This document shows, piece by piece, positions 9,443 to 18,990 of a stretch of 62,121 nucleotides of DNA. Made by a program: the position numbers and the translations under genes. The DNA comes from a virus (taxonomy: Duplodnaviria; Caudoviricetes). Numbering within the stretch: the first letter of the stretch is position 1; every line of letters starts with the position of its first letter. Where the stretch lies: positions 1-62,121 of IMG/VR virus record IMGVR_UViG_3300029787_000032; one strand, 5' to 3'. A model generated the notes under the pieces. The model had not been told where the DNA came from. It made no database searches and saw only the letters and a list, made by a program, of their open reading frames with translations.

Positions 9443-9856
9443 TTACACTGATCCAGTTTTAATAAACTCTGCTACAACTGTGTACATATTACCATCATCC
9501 GCTTGTCCCGGTATTACAATGTTAATATCACCATTTGTGTTAGCATCAGTGCTTGGTGGTAATCCACCAAATTCTCTAAAGTCCCAATAACCTGTTCCTG
9601 TTAAGCCAAGTAAAGGTCTGTCTCCATCTGAATCTTCAAAGTCTAAACGAGCAAAAGAATCTGCTCCATCTCCGGTGTCGCACGCAAACCAAATTCTTTG
9701 CAACGCTCCTCTTGTAGCTGCTCCTGCTACCGTTCTTGCTGAAGCATCATAAAGAACTGTTGTGCTTCCAGTGCCGTCTGATTCTATAACTATTTTTAAA
9801 GTAACCCTTTTATCGTTTTCTTGTACGACTTCTGGTCCTGTTACTGTGTCTGCCAT
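9443..9856 (-). CDS. Virion structural protein
   Basis: 137 aa, acidic, AAGGAGG RBS, DFREFGGL motif, late operon. Confidence 0.6.
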   Translation of the reverse strand: MADTVTGPEVVQENDKRVTLKIVIESDGTGSTTVLYDASARTVAGAATRGALQRIWFACDTGDGADSFARLDFEDSDGDRPLLGLTGTGYWDFREFGGLPPSTDANTNGDINIVIPGQADDGNMYTVVAEFIKTGSV

Positions 9857-9881
9857 GTGTTTCCCTCCTTAATTAAGAAAC

Positions 9882-9903
9882 ATGTGGGCCCGAAGGCCCA
9901 CAT
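9882..9903 (-). terminator. Hairpin with UUCG loop, probable weak terminator
   Basis: ATGTGGGCC-CGAA-GGCCCACAT; followed by GTTTCTT on the minus strand. Confidence 0.65.
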
Positions 9904-9914
9904 TAACGTTAATT

Positions 9915-10421
9915 TTATTGATCTGCAAATGCAGGTACATCTGCACCTTCTTGGTAACCCCAGATATAGTAATTAGTACTATCTTTAGCTAAAATATTAA
10001 TTTCAAACAAACCGAAGTCTGTAAGAGTTAAGCTTGAGTTAGAGTTTCCGTCTGAATATACAGATACGTTATCAGCATTAGAATCTAAGTGAACAATACC
10101 ACCAATGAAGAAATTAGTATTTCCCGGTGTTACAATAATTAGGTTCTCTGCTTCTTCTGCTGCGCCGCCATAAATAAGTTTATAGCATTGACCCGCAACT
10201 GGAGCTGGTAAAGTTATAGTTCTGTTAGCTGCTAGTGCAGGAACTACAAGTGTTCTTCCACTATGTGTTGCAGCATCAAGAGTTTTATTTTCATCTCCTA
10301 GTGCTACAGGTGCGTCACCCATAGTGATAATTTCAGTAATTGCTCCAGTAGTAGCATTTTTACTGATAGTTTTTAATGTGCTTTCCGATCTAATCGGACC
10401 GCTAAAAGTTGATTTTGCCAT
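9915..10421 (-). CDS. Capsid decoration / head fibre-like protein
   Basis: Start MAKSTFSGPIRS after an AAGGAG RBS; TITLPAP motif; directly after the MCP. Confidence 0.65.
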   Translation of the reverse strand: MAKSTFSGPIRSESTLKTISKNATTGAITEIITMGDAPVALGDENKTLDAATHSGRTLVVPALAANRTITLPAPVAGQCYKLIYGGAAEEAENLIIVTPGNTNFFIGGIVHLDSNADNVSVYSDGNSNSSLTLTDFGLFEINILAKDSTNYYIWGYQEGADVPAFADQ

Positions 10422-10507
10422 ATAGGTCTCCTTTTTTGTCAACACAGTCTGAGACGTTGTCTACTGCACGAGTCTGTGATGACTATTAATAAATATGCAG
10501 TGTGTGA

Positions 10508-10536
10508 ATTATACGCTTTTAATAGGGTGATTGCAA
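10508..10536 (-). promoter_or_regulatory. Sigma70-type promoter
   Basis: TTGCAA-17 bp-TATAAT on the minus strand. Confidence 0.7.
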
Positions 10537-10563
10537 ATAAAAAGGGGCGCCGAAACGCCCCTT
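10535..10563 (-). terminator. Intrinsic terminator after MCP
   Basis: AAGGGGCG-tttcgg-CGCCCCTT followed by a T-tract. Confidence 0.85.
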
Positions 10564-10588
10564 CTAAGTTCTTTATTGAAAAGAATTA

Positions 10589-11494
10589 TTACGCTCCTTC
10601 AGAAGCAAACATTCCTCTCCAATCAGAGAAACCAAAGCTGTAACGCTCTCTAGCCTTGTATTTCATATTTCCTGTTTCAAAGTCGCCTTCCATAGAAGTA
10701 GCGATCGGTGATCTTTGGAAATGTTTCATACCGTTAGGCACATCAGTTTTGATAAAGAACGCGTCTGTGTCAGTTAGGTAGTTGTTCACTACATAACCTT
10801 CAGGCACCATTCCTTTTGATGCTAGTGCGTTGATGTCGTTATCAGCAGTTCCAACTCTGTTTGCAGATTTCATTAATCTTTCTGCAGTGAATTGTAAAGC
10901 TGAAGGTATAATCAACTTACGAGCTTTAGCAGCAACTTTTAGACCTCTGTCATCAGCAAACGCAGCAATGTCAATCATTGCTTGTTCTAGTGATGTTTCG
11001 TTAAGGTCAGAAGCAGTTGCTAGTTCGTTTCTTTGGTTACCAGATGTAGTTGGGTGAGCTGAAGAAAATAGCTCAACGCCATCACCACCTGTAAAGCTAG
11101 AGTCGAAACCGTTGTTTAAAACGTTTGCAGCTTTAACTTGTTTTGTATGAGCCATTGAACGTGCAAGAGCTTTCGTATAACGAGTACTGATCTTGTCGTA
11201 AAGGTTATCCTCTACAGCTTCTTCAGTAATCTGGAAAGCCAGTGCCACTGTTTCATGAGAGTAACGAGCTGTGAAAGACTCAGTTGCGCTATCAAAGTTA
11301 ACAGAAGAACCTTCTGGTTTAACTGATGCAGAACCGAAGCCTGACAACATTACTTCTTCTTCGAAAGCTCTGTCAGAGTTTTCTGTGTCGAAGATTTCAG
11401 CGTGCTGATTCTCATAGCCTTGATATTCCAGTCCAAATAAGGCATTCAAACCGGGTTCCAACTCTTTTGCGAGTTGTGATCTATTTATAGCCAT
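10589..11494 (-). CDS. Major capsid protein (HK97 fold, Mu gpT-like family)
   Basis: MAINRSQLAKELEPGLNALFG, SDRAFEEEV, ITEEAVEDNLY and GDFETGNMKYKARERYSFG; strong RBS and terminator. Confidence 0.9.
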   Translation of the reverse strand: MAINRSQLAKELEPGLNALFGLEYQGYENQHAEIFDTENSDRAFEEEVMLSGFGSASVKPEGSSVNFDSATESFTARYSHETVALAFQITEEAVEDNLYDKISTRYTKALARSMAHTKQVKAANVLNNGFDSSFTGGDGVELFSSAHPTTSGNQRNELATASDLNETSLEQAMIDIAAFADDRGLKVAAKARKLIIPSALQFTAERLMKSANRVGTADNDINALASKGMVPEGYVVNNYLTDTDAFFIKTDVPNGMKHFQRSPIATSMEGDFETGNMKYKARERYSFGFSDWRGMFASEGA

Positions 11495-11508
11495 AGTTTA
11501 AATCCTCC

Positions 11509-12075
11509 CTATACGCCAGTTGTTAGTTTATACACATGCTCACCAGTGTTAAACACTACATACGCGTTAGCGTTTGCATTTGCTGTATCACTGTTATCAG
11601 GATCTTTTGAGATTCCGATTTGCTTAAAACCACCTGATGTACCAGAAGTAGAAGTATCAATCTCAGAAGTTGATTGTCCAGTAATAGTGCTTCCACCAGT
11701 ACCTACAAAATCAAAACCTGAATGATTCATAGCTGCTGTTCCAGTTCCATCATGTTGTGCTTCAAACACGATATGTGGATCTGAGTAAACATACGCAACG
11801 ATATCAGAAGCGTTAGTGCTTGCTGGATAAAATGCTTTGTATGTTGGTTTACTTGATGTCGGATCAGTATAAAAACAACCTCCAAAAACACCCAGTTGTT
11901 GAGTGTCTCCAGCTGCTGCATCTTCAATACCTCCGCCTGCCACTGCTTCTACAACTTGTCCGCTATAGATAGAAGTGCCGTAGTTAGCTGCAATTGCATA
12001 CTCTTCAGTACGAATCTCGCCACCACTTAAATGCCTTGCGGGTTTAAAACCAAAGGCTGCGTCTTTATTTGCCAT
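11509..12075 (-). CDS. Capsid cement/minor capsid protein
   Basis: MANKDAAFGFKP, GVFGGCFYTDP; immediately upstream of the MCP. Confidence 0.7.
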   Translation of the reverse strand: MANKDAAFGFKPARHLSGGEIRTEEYAIAANYGTSIYSGQVVEAVAGGGIEDAAAGDTQQLGVFGGCFYTDPTSSKPTYKAFYPASTNASDIVAYVYSDPHIVFEAQHDGTGTAAMNHSGFDFVGTGGSTITGQSTSEIDTSTSGTSGGFKQIGISKDPDNSDTANANANAYVVFNTGEHVYKLTTGV

Positions 12076-12159
12076 AATTATAGTCCTCCTTAGACTAATA
12101 AATTATTAGTTATTGTTAATAATCCAATTTAATTCTGGCAATGAATAGTGTAATAGAAA

Positions 12160-12624
12160 CTAATCTTGTTTCTTGGCACCGCCAAAAGATACTCTTGTTT
12201 GCCTAGTTGGATTGTCTATAGGCATACTAGGATGCTGCTCCCTTAACAAACTATTGTCAACAGCTTGCTGTTGATCTGATGTTTGTTGTGCAAAATAAGC
12301 TCTACGCTCATCTGCAATTTCATTTGGTATTTTGGCTAGCAGTAATCCACCTACAGCAACAACGCCTTTATGTGTTCCGTCTTCAACAGTTGGAGCATCA
12401 AAGCCACCTAATTCTTCGAGTCTAACAAGTTCATAACCTTCTCTAATACGAGAAGAAACGTTTTTCTTGTCTTCTTGACCCATAACTTCAGCTCGAATCC
12501 AACGATACTGAAATCCGTCAGGTGCTTGTGGCGCGTCTAATCTAGATGGTGGTCGCCATGGCTGCCTTTTGGCAGTTTTATCTCTAGTTTGAGATGAGCG
12601 TGAGGTTCTTGTTTTATCATTCAT
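12160..12624 (-). CDS. Conserved head-assembly protein
   Basis: WRPPSRLDAP..PDGFQYRWIR, REGYELV, GGLLLAKIP; lies between scaffold and capsid genes. Confidence 0.6.
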   Translation of the reverse strand: MNDKTRTSRSSQTRDKTAKRQPWRPPSRLDAPQAPDGFQYRWIRAEVMGQEDKKNVSSRIREGYELVRLEELGGFDAPTVEDGTHKGVVAVGGLLLAKIPNEIADERRAYFAQQTSDQQQAVDNSLLREQHPSMPIDNPTRQTRVSFGGAKKQD

Positions 12625-12629
12625 AATGC

Positions 12630-13604
12630 TTACTCCTTCACGTATTTAGCATATTCTTCTAATGGCACACCAAGTTTTTTCGCTATCGCAACTTGTGATG
12701 GTGTGAGTCTCACAGTGCGTTTTCCTTTTTTGGAAACTGATCTTACCGCAGGAGCCACTGTTTGGTCAACCTTTTTTTGCGGTTTTTCTGCCTCAAACTT
12801 ATTTGGAAATTGTTCTCTAATTCTACGATCAACTTGTTCGTAATAATCATCAGAACGTGGGTCATACCCTTCTTCTTCCACAAGTTTTCTATGAATCGCA
12901 AACGCTGTGTACGTCATTGCTTCATCTTGACCAAACCACGTGTTTTTCTCTGCCCAACTGTTTGCTTTCGGATCTGGAGCAGGTGCTGGCTGCTGTGGTT
13001 GTTGGTATTGTTGAGGTTGCTGTTGAGGTATTTCTCTTTGTTGCTGAAATTGTTGTGCTTGATATTCAAGTTGTTCTTTTTGAATTTTAGCACGTTCAGC
13101 ATTTAATGTTGCTTTAGCCAATGCACTTTGTGCTTCAGCTTGTATGTCAACATTGCCATCCTCAATAGCTTTTTTTAATTTTAATTTAGCTTCTTCTATT
13201 TGAGCTAATGACTCAGACTCAAGACTAGACACATAGTTTTGATTTGTGTCAGCATAACGTTGTTCAAGATCATCTTTTGTTTCTTTAAGACCTTGAGCAT
13301 ACTTCATCGCCGCTTCTTCACGACGTTCTGATTCTCTGAGTTTTCCTACAAGCTTTGCTATTCGTTTTTGAACTTTATCGCTGTAGTCTTGTAATTCACC
13401 GTTGTCCGTTGGCCGTTGTTCCTGAACATCATTGCTGACATCAGATTCCTCAACTGCGTCATCGGCGACAACACTCTCTTCTGGTTGCTCTTCATTATCT
13501 TCTACTGGGGTTACTTTTGATTCTTCTAGTTCAACATCAACGGCTTCTCCGCTAGTGTCAATATCGACAAGTTTATTGTCTTGTATTTTTTCTGCCTCTG
13601 GCAT
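12630..13604 (-). CDS. Capsid scaffolding protein
   Basis: Acidic coiled coil, YSDKVQKRI, W..KNTWFG, C-terminal LTPSQVAIAKKLGVPLEEYAK. Confidence 0.8.
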   Translation of the reverse strand: MPEAEKIQDNKLVDIDTSGEAVDVELEESKVTPVEDNEEQPEESVVADDAVEESDVSNDVQEQRPTDNGELQDYSDKVQKRIAKLVGKLRESERREEAAMKYAQGLKETKDDLEQRYADTNQNYVSSLESESLAQIEEAKLKLKKAIEDGNVDIQAEAQSALAKATLNAERAKIQKEQLEYQAQQFQQQREIPQQQPQQYQQPQQPAPAPDPKANSWAEKNTWFGQDEAMTYTAFAIHRKLVEEEGYDPRSDDYYEQVDRRIREQFPNKFEAEKPQKKVDQTVAPAVRSVSKKGKRTVRLTPSQVAIAKKLGVPLEEYAKYVKE

Positions 13605-13641
13605 GGTTCTTGTTCTCCATGGTTAATTATTGCAAGATGAC

Positions 13642-14151
13642 TTACATGTGTAAGATGTCAGTCGGATCCTGTATTATAGCAAGTATTTCGTCATCATTCA
13701 AGAGTCTTAAATCACCGCCGTCAATTTTTAATCTTGACCCCGCATAACGGGCAAAGATCACCCAATCACCCTTTTTGCACCACGGACCTTCAGGAAACTT
13801 GTTGGTATCGCCATACGCATCAGGGCCAGTGGCCACCACATAACCGCAAACGGTCGCTAATTGTTCTCTTTCTCGAGTTTGATCAGACAAAATAACACCA
13901 CCTTTTGTACGTTCAGCACCTAAATATGGTAAAATTAGAATCCTCCAACCAGTGGGACGAGGTAGCTTTTCAGCAATATCGCTGTCAATATTATCAGGGT
14001 CCAAGTATTTAGATTCTCGCTGTCCATATATTTCCTCTACTTCCTTTTGCTTTTTCTCTAATTCAGCTACTGTTTTACCTTCTTCAGCAACCTTTATTTT
14101 TTCTTTTTTTCTGGCTTTCGCCATGTGCGTGGGTAATATTAAATCATTCAT
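13642..14151 (-). CDS. groES: Co-chaperonin GroES (Cpn10) with N-terminal extension
   Basis: PTGWRILI, TKGGVIL mobile loop, VVATGP, GDWVIFARYAG and LLNDDEILA. Confidence 0.9.
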   Translation of the reverse strand: MNDLILPTHMAKARKKEKIKVAEEGKTVAELEKKQKEVEEIYGQRESKYLDPDNIDSDIAEKLPRPTGWRILILPYLGAERTKGGVILSDQTREREQLATVCGYVVATGPDAYGDTNKFPEGPWCKKGDWVIFARYAGSRLKIDGGDLRLLNDDEILAIIQDPTDILHM

Positions 14152-14341
14152 CGTTTTGTTCTCCTTGTTTCATTATGTCTTGTATTTCCCCTTCTATTTC
14201 TTCCAAAGCACGAAAACGGCCCATCATTTTTGCATAGTCTGTAGATTCTTCTACCGTACCCTGCATAACATAGTCCGTTGTCTGTTGTTTTTTGTTGCGT
14301 ATAATACGCAAAAGCTTTTCGCTTAAATATAATCCGTCCAT
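14144..14341 (-). CDS. Small conserved head-module protein
   Basis: 65 aa, helical, Y..M.G...AL pattern; between portal and groES. Confidence 0.6.
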   Translation of the reverse strand: MDGLYLSEKLLRIIRNKKQQTTDYVMQGTVEESTDYAKMMGRFRALEEIEGEIQDIMKQGEQNDE

Positions 14342-14348
14342 TATTTCT

Positions 14349-14606
14349 TTATAAGTTAGATCTAATCGCTCTGTACTTCTCTAATATATCTGCTATCCCA
14401 GAATTTGCAACATCATTGTGGCCAATGATCATCATGCCACCGTCCATTTTACTTTCTCTATCCATTAACGCAATATTACCTAAATCGTAAGAACCGCTTT
14501 GAGCCATTTCACTTATTCTTTGCATAGCCTCTTCTTGTGTCATGCCCATTTCCATTAAACGATTAAGAACAGCGCTTCCTTTAGAACTTAAACCAAACTC
14601 CTCCAC
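14349..14606 (-). CDS. Small protein with xxDGG motif
   Basis: 85 aa, SKMDGGMM; directly downstream of the portal. Confidence 0.55.
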   Translation of the reverse strand: MEEFGLSSKGSAVLNRLMEMGMTQEEAMQRISEMAQSGSYDLGNIALMDRESKMDGGMMIIGHNDVANSGIADILEKYRAIRSNL

Positions 14607-14608
14607 GA

Positions 14609-17074
14609 CTACATACCCCCAAACGTATCACTTAAATTTTTAGTAATCTTCTCTGCTTTGTCCAACACTTTTTGTTCTGCATCGTTCTCTAATTTCTCTA
14701 TAGCGATAGCCGAACGAATTGCAACAGCGTCTTTTTGTTGATCAATCTTTTCTTTATCAGTTTGTTCTCGTGCTTCAGCTTTGTCTTTTTCAAGTGCAAG
14801 TTTAGCTCGAGCTTCTTTTTCTTTACGTTCGTTTTCTTCACTTCGAATGTCTAGTTCTTTTTGTTTTAACTCAACAAGTGGGTCATCTTGAGTTACGTTT
14901 AACATTTCATCCATGTCCTCAATGTACTCAGCTATTAACTGCGACTGACGAACAGCAATTAAATTTTGCATTTCTGCCATAATTTGTTGTTGCATCTGTT
15001 GCATCTCTTCTGGAGACGATCCTTGTGCTTGTTCCATTTGCTCCTGCATGGATTCTTGCATTGATTCTTGTATATCTTCTTGAGCTAGTAATGAGATGTG
15101 TTGCATAATATGTGCCTGTATATTTGACATAGCTTGTGGGTTAGTTTTTGTAATTGCACTACCAAGTAACGCAATATGTGAAGCAATATGTGCTTGATGG
15201 TCTTGTCCCGGGAATGCTTGCGCTGTCATACCTGCCGTTAACTCTGCATTTTCTAATGCAGGATCTTTTGGTTGTGGTTGAGGTGGAGGCGGCATTAAAG
15301 CCTCAATGTTTTGTACACCCATGGCCTCATACATTCTTCTGTATGCTTCAGGTAAACTGTGCATTTGTGGTGCAGCCTGCGCTAATTGTAATTGTTGTTG
15401 CGCTAAAGTCACACGTTGTGTCACTGAAAAAATGTTTGGATCAGATACAGGTATTACATCAATACGTGCATCAAAGTCTTGAGACATAATTGTTTGGTCA
15501 GCACCTACAATTTGATAAGGGTAGTTTTGAGGTAGTGTTGATGCAAATAGTTTTGCTAATAACTTAAATTCTTTTCCTTGAGCAGAATGCATTCTTTTGT
15601 GAATTGCAGACATAACTTTCATGCCTCTCTCAAGAAGAGCCATAGTCGTGCCAACAGGATTTACTTCGTTACCTTCACCAAGTTTCATGTCAGCGACAGC
15701 AGCGAATGATTTGCCACTCTCAATAACAAAACCTAATAGTTGGTATAATGTGCCAGACGGTTCTTTATATGGTAGTGGTACAAGTGAGCTTGCAATATCT
15801 CCTGCTGGAGCATCCACATCTCTAAACTCTCCGGGAACTAAAGGCTGATCGTCATCACGGATACGTAAGCCTCTTGCTTTGAAACCAGAGGGTAAGTTGG
15901 CGAGTGTGCCGGCGTCAATGAGTTGTCGTAGTATAGAGGTTGCAGACTTTGATAAACCACCAAGCATATGAATAAGACCAAAACCATAAAAGCCAAGGCC
16001 GGGTAAAAATTTGTAGTGAACAAAATATTGTTTTTTGTTTTTAAATCTATCTGCTTCATTCCAGTTTCTACGTATTGACAGTACAGTTGATGAACTCTCA
16101 TCAATAGTTACAATATAAGGTAAACTAATTCCACTTTCTTCACCTGCCTCATTGGCATCTTCGTATCCGGGTAAATCTAAATCTGTATGTATTTCTAAAA
16201 TTGTATGTATATCGTCTTTTGTATAAATTCGTTTCTTACCATCAAGAGAATCAATTTTTTCACTCACCGAGTCTGTGTCTGGATCACCCGGCTCATCCAG
16301 TTCAATGTCTCTGTAAAAACCTGTTGCTTGATATTTACGTACGTCATTTGCTGCCATCTTAACAACATGAGTAATTCGCATACATGTCATTAGATCTGTT
16401 GCATCGTAAGGTACAACGAGATCTTGAGATGATACAAATTTAGAAACAGGTCTGCCTAGTTTTTCGTCAAAGTAAACTTTACGGAACGCCGAACCTGATA
16501 ATGGAAGATGAAATAACATTTGATCAAGTTCGGGTTCATACTCCTCCATGACATGGGAAAGTTGATAATTCATATATTCTTTTACACGTTTTGACTGTGC
16601 TTCGACTTGTGGATTAGTTGCACCCATAATTTGAGTTTTTACAGGACCGCCTGCTGGAAATAATTCTTTGTACGATTGTGCTTGAAATTGTGTCACTGAT
16701 TCTGCAAGTAGTGGATGTGTTACACCAGACGCACCGGGAAACGGGTCGCTTCTGTCTTCATACGTCATGCCTAATAATCCTAAACCTTCTGCGTAGGTAG
16801 ATGCCCATTCTGCTCTAGAATCGTTATCTGCTTCATACGCCTCCATCAACTCATCTGCTATTACAGCTAAATCAGACTCGTCCATAAATTCAGCTAAGTT
16901 AGAAGTATGTTCTTCTGCTACGGGAGCATCAGAACCAAAATTAATTGTAGCGCCGCCGTCTTCGTCTAGTTCGGGGTCGCCATTTAATAATTCAACATCT
17001 TCGGGTAAAACATTTTCTGCTTCTAAATTAAACTTCATTTGTTCATTTAAAGGCATATCTTTTTCTATCGGCAT
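14609..17074 (-). CDS. Portal protein (P22-like, with long C-terminal barrel)
   Basis: 821 aa, PFPGASGVTHPLLAE, LPLSGSAFRKVY, PGLGFYGFG, Gln-rich coiled-coil tail. Confidence 0.92.
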   Translation of the reverse strand: MPIEKDMPLNEQMKFNLEAENVLPEDVELLNGDPELDEDGGATINFGSDAPVAEEHTSNLAEFMDESDLAVIADELMEAYEADNDSRAEWASTYAEGLGLLGMTYEDRSDPFPGASGVTHPLLAESVTQFQAQSYKELFPAGGPVKTQIMGATNPQVEAQSKRVKEYMNYQLSHVMEEYEPELDQMLFHLPLSGSAFRKVYFDEKLGRPVSKFVSSQDLVVPYDATDLMTCMRITHVVKMAANDVRKYQATGFYRDIELDEPGDPDTDSVSEKIDSLDGKKRIYTKDDIHTILEIHTDLDLPGYEDANEAGEESGISLPYIVTIDESSSTVLSIRRNWNEADRFKNKKQYFVHYKFLPGLGFYGFGLIHMLGGLSKSATSILRQLIDAGTLANLPSGFKARGLRIRDDDQPLVPGEFRDVDAPAGDIASSLVPLPYKEPSGTLYQLLGFVIESGKSFAAVADMKLGEGNEVNPVGTTMALLERGMKVMSAIHKRMHSAQGKEFKLLAKLFASTLPQNYPYQIVGADQTIMSQDFDARIDVIPVSDPNIFSVTQRVTLAQQQLQLAQAAPQMHSLPEAYRRMYEAMGVQNIEALMPPPPQPQPKDPALENAELTAGMTAQAFPGQDHQAHIASHIALLGSAITKTNPQAMSNIQAHIMQHISLLAQEDIQESMQESMQEQMEQAQGSSPEEMQQMQQQIMAEMQNLIAVRQSQLIAEYIEDMDEMLNVTQDDPLVELKQKELDIRSEENERKEKEARAKLALEKDKAEAREQTDKEKIDQQKDAVAIRSAIAIEKLENDAEQKVLDKAEKITKNLSDTFGGM

Positions 17075-17083
17075 ATTTTTTTC

Positions 17084-17548
17084 CTATATAAATTCTTGTA
17101 TCTCTTCTGGAGTGTAACCAAACTCTAAAAGATCGTTAATGCTATACATTGCTCCTTCTTCACCTTCAATCATTTTGTCGTCCATTTTACCCAAATATTC
17201 GTAACCTATCTTATCAAAAACCATTTCGTGCTCATTGAGGCCTCCGCCATCCATCACGTCATACATTAACATTGGTATGCCCGCTAATCTTGACGTACCT
17301 CTCAAAAGGTTTTTTCCTGCATATTTTGCTGCGTTTTTTGCAACATTGCCTATGTTCGATAACATAGATCTTCCCGCGTCAGCGGAAACAACTCCTGCAT
17401 TAGCGTACCCTATACGTCCACCATCGGCCTCTAGCACTCGACCTGTAATCTGAAATATCTCAGCATCGATGTGAGAAAAATCTTCGCCTATTTCTTTTAA
17501 ATAACGTTTCTCATTTAACAGTTCTGATATTCTATTTTCCCCGGGCAT
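17084..17548 (-). CDS. Hypothetical cargo-like protein with GG motif
   Basis: 154 aa containing EADGGRIGYANAG. Confidence 0.55.
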   Translation of the reverse strand: MPGENRISELLNEKRYLKEIGEDFSHIDAEIFQITGRVLEADGGRIGYANAGVVSADAGRSMLSNIGNVAKNAAKYAGKNLLRGTSRLAGIPMLMYDVMDGGGLNEHEMVFDKIGYEYLGKMDDKMIEGEEGAMYSINDLLEFGYTPEEIQEFI

Positions 17549-18794
17549 CTTCTAGCTCTCTGTTAAGTTTTTGTCTAACTGCTTCAAAGTGCGGTTCCCA
17601 ATCTTCATCATTGCCTGTTTCAAAGTCACCAAATTCAATGTCGTTAATCCAGATTCTGTTGTCTGAAGTTTTAAGTGTATAGACAGGTTCTATTCTATCT
17701 GTAAGCACTCCGTGTTTACTATCTTCAACAGCAACAAAATTACCGTCTTCTATTACCCAGTGTGAACCAGAAACAAAAACGTCTTTGTAGTTATAAATTG
17801 TTTGTGGCAAACCTTGCATTGTCATTTGAACAATTCCGCCTTTGGTGTTATCTCCTAGTTCAACAGTGGTAATTTCTTTTGTAGTCCCGTCCGCCATTTC
17901 AATTAAAGTACCTGCAACAAAACAACTGCTTCCGCCGGGTCCGCCGGGTCCGCCGGGTCCGCCGGGTCCGCCGCCTCCGCCTCCGGGTCTATTTGGACCT
18001 TCTCCCGGTGGTGGTCCGGGATTATTAGGTGGTCGTGTTACAGGCGGTGCTGCCACGGGTGGAGGTGGAGGTGGTGGTATGTAAGGTTGAATGATATCAG
18101 GAGATTGATTTGCGAGCATCTCTTGTCTTTTTCTTATGGATTCAAAAAAATCTCTTTCAGCTTCTTGTTGTAAAATAGTTTTGTAATTAACTTCAGGTTG
18201 AATACTGTCTGGTCCAAACAACTGTTCTAATGTCGGAGTTGATGTTCCTTTCGTGTACGTAAGTGCATCTAAATTTCGTCTACCAAAATCTGCACTCGGT
18301 CCGTAACCGTATGTATAAGGATTAGGAACACTGAATGGAGAACTCCCCGGAGCTGGTAAACCACCGGGTCTTACAGGTGTTGGAGCAGTTGTTGGAGGTG
18401 GAGTTGGTCCTCCGGGAGGTCTTGGAGTAATAGGAGGTCCGCCTATAATTGGTAAAGGAACATTAATAGGAGGTGGTTTTTTACCTCCGGGTTTTTTACC
18501 TCCGGGTTTAGGTTTTGGTTTAGTAATAGGAAAAGGAACTGGATTAGGCATGATATTAATAGGGTAAGGTGTGATAGGAGATCCAAATGGAGGCATAGAG
18601 CCACCTGTGTATGTTGTGCTCCCGCCCGGTCCTTGTGTTTTCGTTCCACCACCTGCAAGATAGTTTGCCAAAGTTGCTGCACCGTCTGGATCAAGAGTGT
18701 TTTCTATTCCATAGTTTCCAGACACATTCATAATCTTTTGAAGAAGACCTCCTAGGCCATATCCCATTCGAAAAGATTTCATGCTGTAGCTCAT
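17532..18794 (-). CDS. Pro/Gly-rich protein with C-terminal Hint (Hedgehog/intein) domain
   Basis: SS|CFVAGTLIEMADGTTKEI..VELGD (block A), VSGSH (block B), VYTL...IWINDIEFGDF (block F/G). Confidence 0.85.
   Translation of the reverse strand: MSYSMKSFRMGYGLGGLLQKIMNVSGNYGIENTLDPDGAATLANYLAGGGTKTQGPGGSTTYTGGSMPPFGSPITPYPINIMPNPVPFPITKPKPKPGGKKPGGKKPPPINVPLPIIGGPPITPRPPGGPTPPPTTAPTPVRPGGLPAPGSSPFSVPNPYTYGYGPSADFGRRNLDALTYTKGTSTPTLEQLFGPDSIQPEVNYKTILQQEAERDFFESIRKRQEMLANQSPDIIQPYIPPPPPPPVAAPPVTRPPNNPGPPPGEGPNRPGGGGGGPGGPGGPGGPGGSSCFVAGTLIEMADGTTKEITTVELGDNTKGGIVQMTMQGLPQTIYNYKDVFVSGSHWVIEDGNFVAVEDSKHGVLTDRIEPVYTLKTSDNRIWINDIEFGDFETGNDEDWEPHFEAVRQKLNRELEDARGK
17932..17967. repeat. (CCGCCGGGT)4 coding tandem repeat
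   Basis: Encodes the GPGGPGGPG linker just before the Hint Cys. Confidence 0.9.
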
Positions 18795-18843
18795 TTGATG
18801 TTCCTATAACTTACCCTTGTAGTGCTGACTCAGAATACTGTTT

Positions 18844-18987
18844 TTATTGTTTCTCGTCAACTTTCTTTTCTTTGAGTCTGTCCCAAAACTCGTCTAAGGC
18901 GTTGTGCTCGCAGTTTGCACATTTGCATACAGCACACTGACCATTATTACCGCAATGACACTCGTGTTCGCAATTTCGGCACAACAC
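18844..18987 (-). CDS. Cys/His-rich metallothionein-like peptide (not in ORF track)
   Basis: GTG start 3 nt after the upstream stop: MLCRNCEHECHCGNNGQCAVCKCANCEHNALDEFWDRLKEKKVDEKQ. Confidence 0.7.
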   Translation of the reverse strand: MLCRNCEHECHCGNNGQCAVCKCANCEHNALDEFWDRLKEKKVDEKQ

Positions 18988-18990
18988 GTG

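Noticed and set aside
17532-17935. Self-splicing intein or homing element
   Set aside because: No terminal His-Asn plus nucleophile, no endonuclease and no conserved host protein around it.
17932-18010. Collagen triple helix
   Set aside because: Only a few Gly-Pro-Gly units; too short, and better read as a linker.
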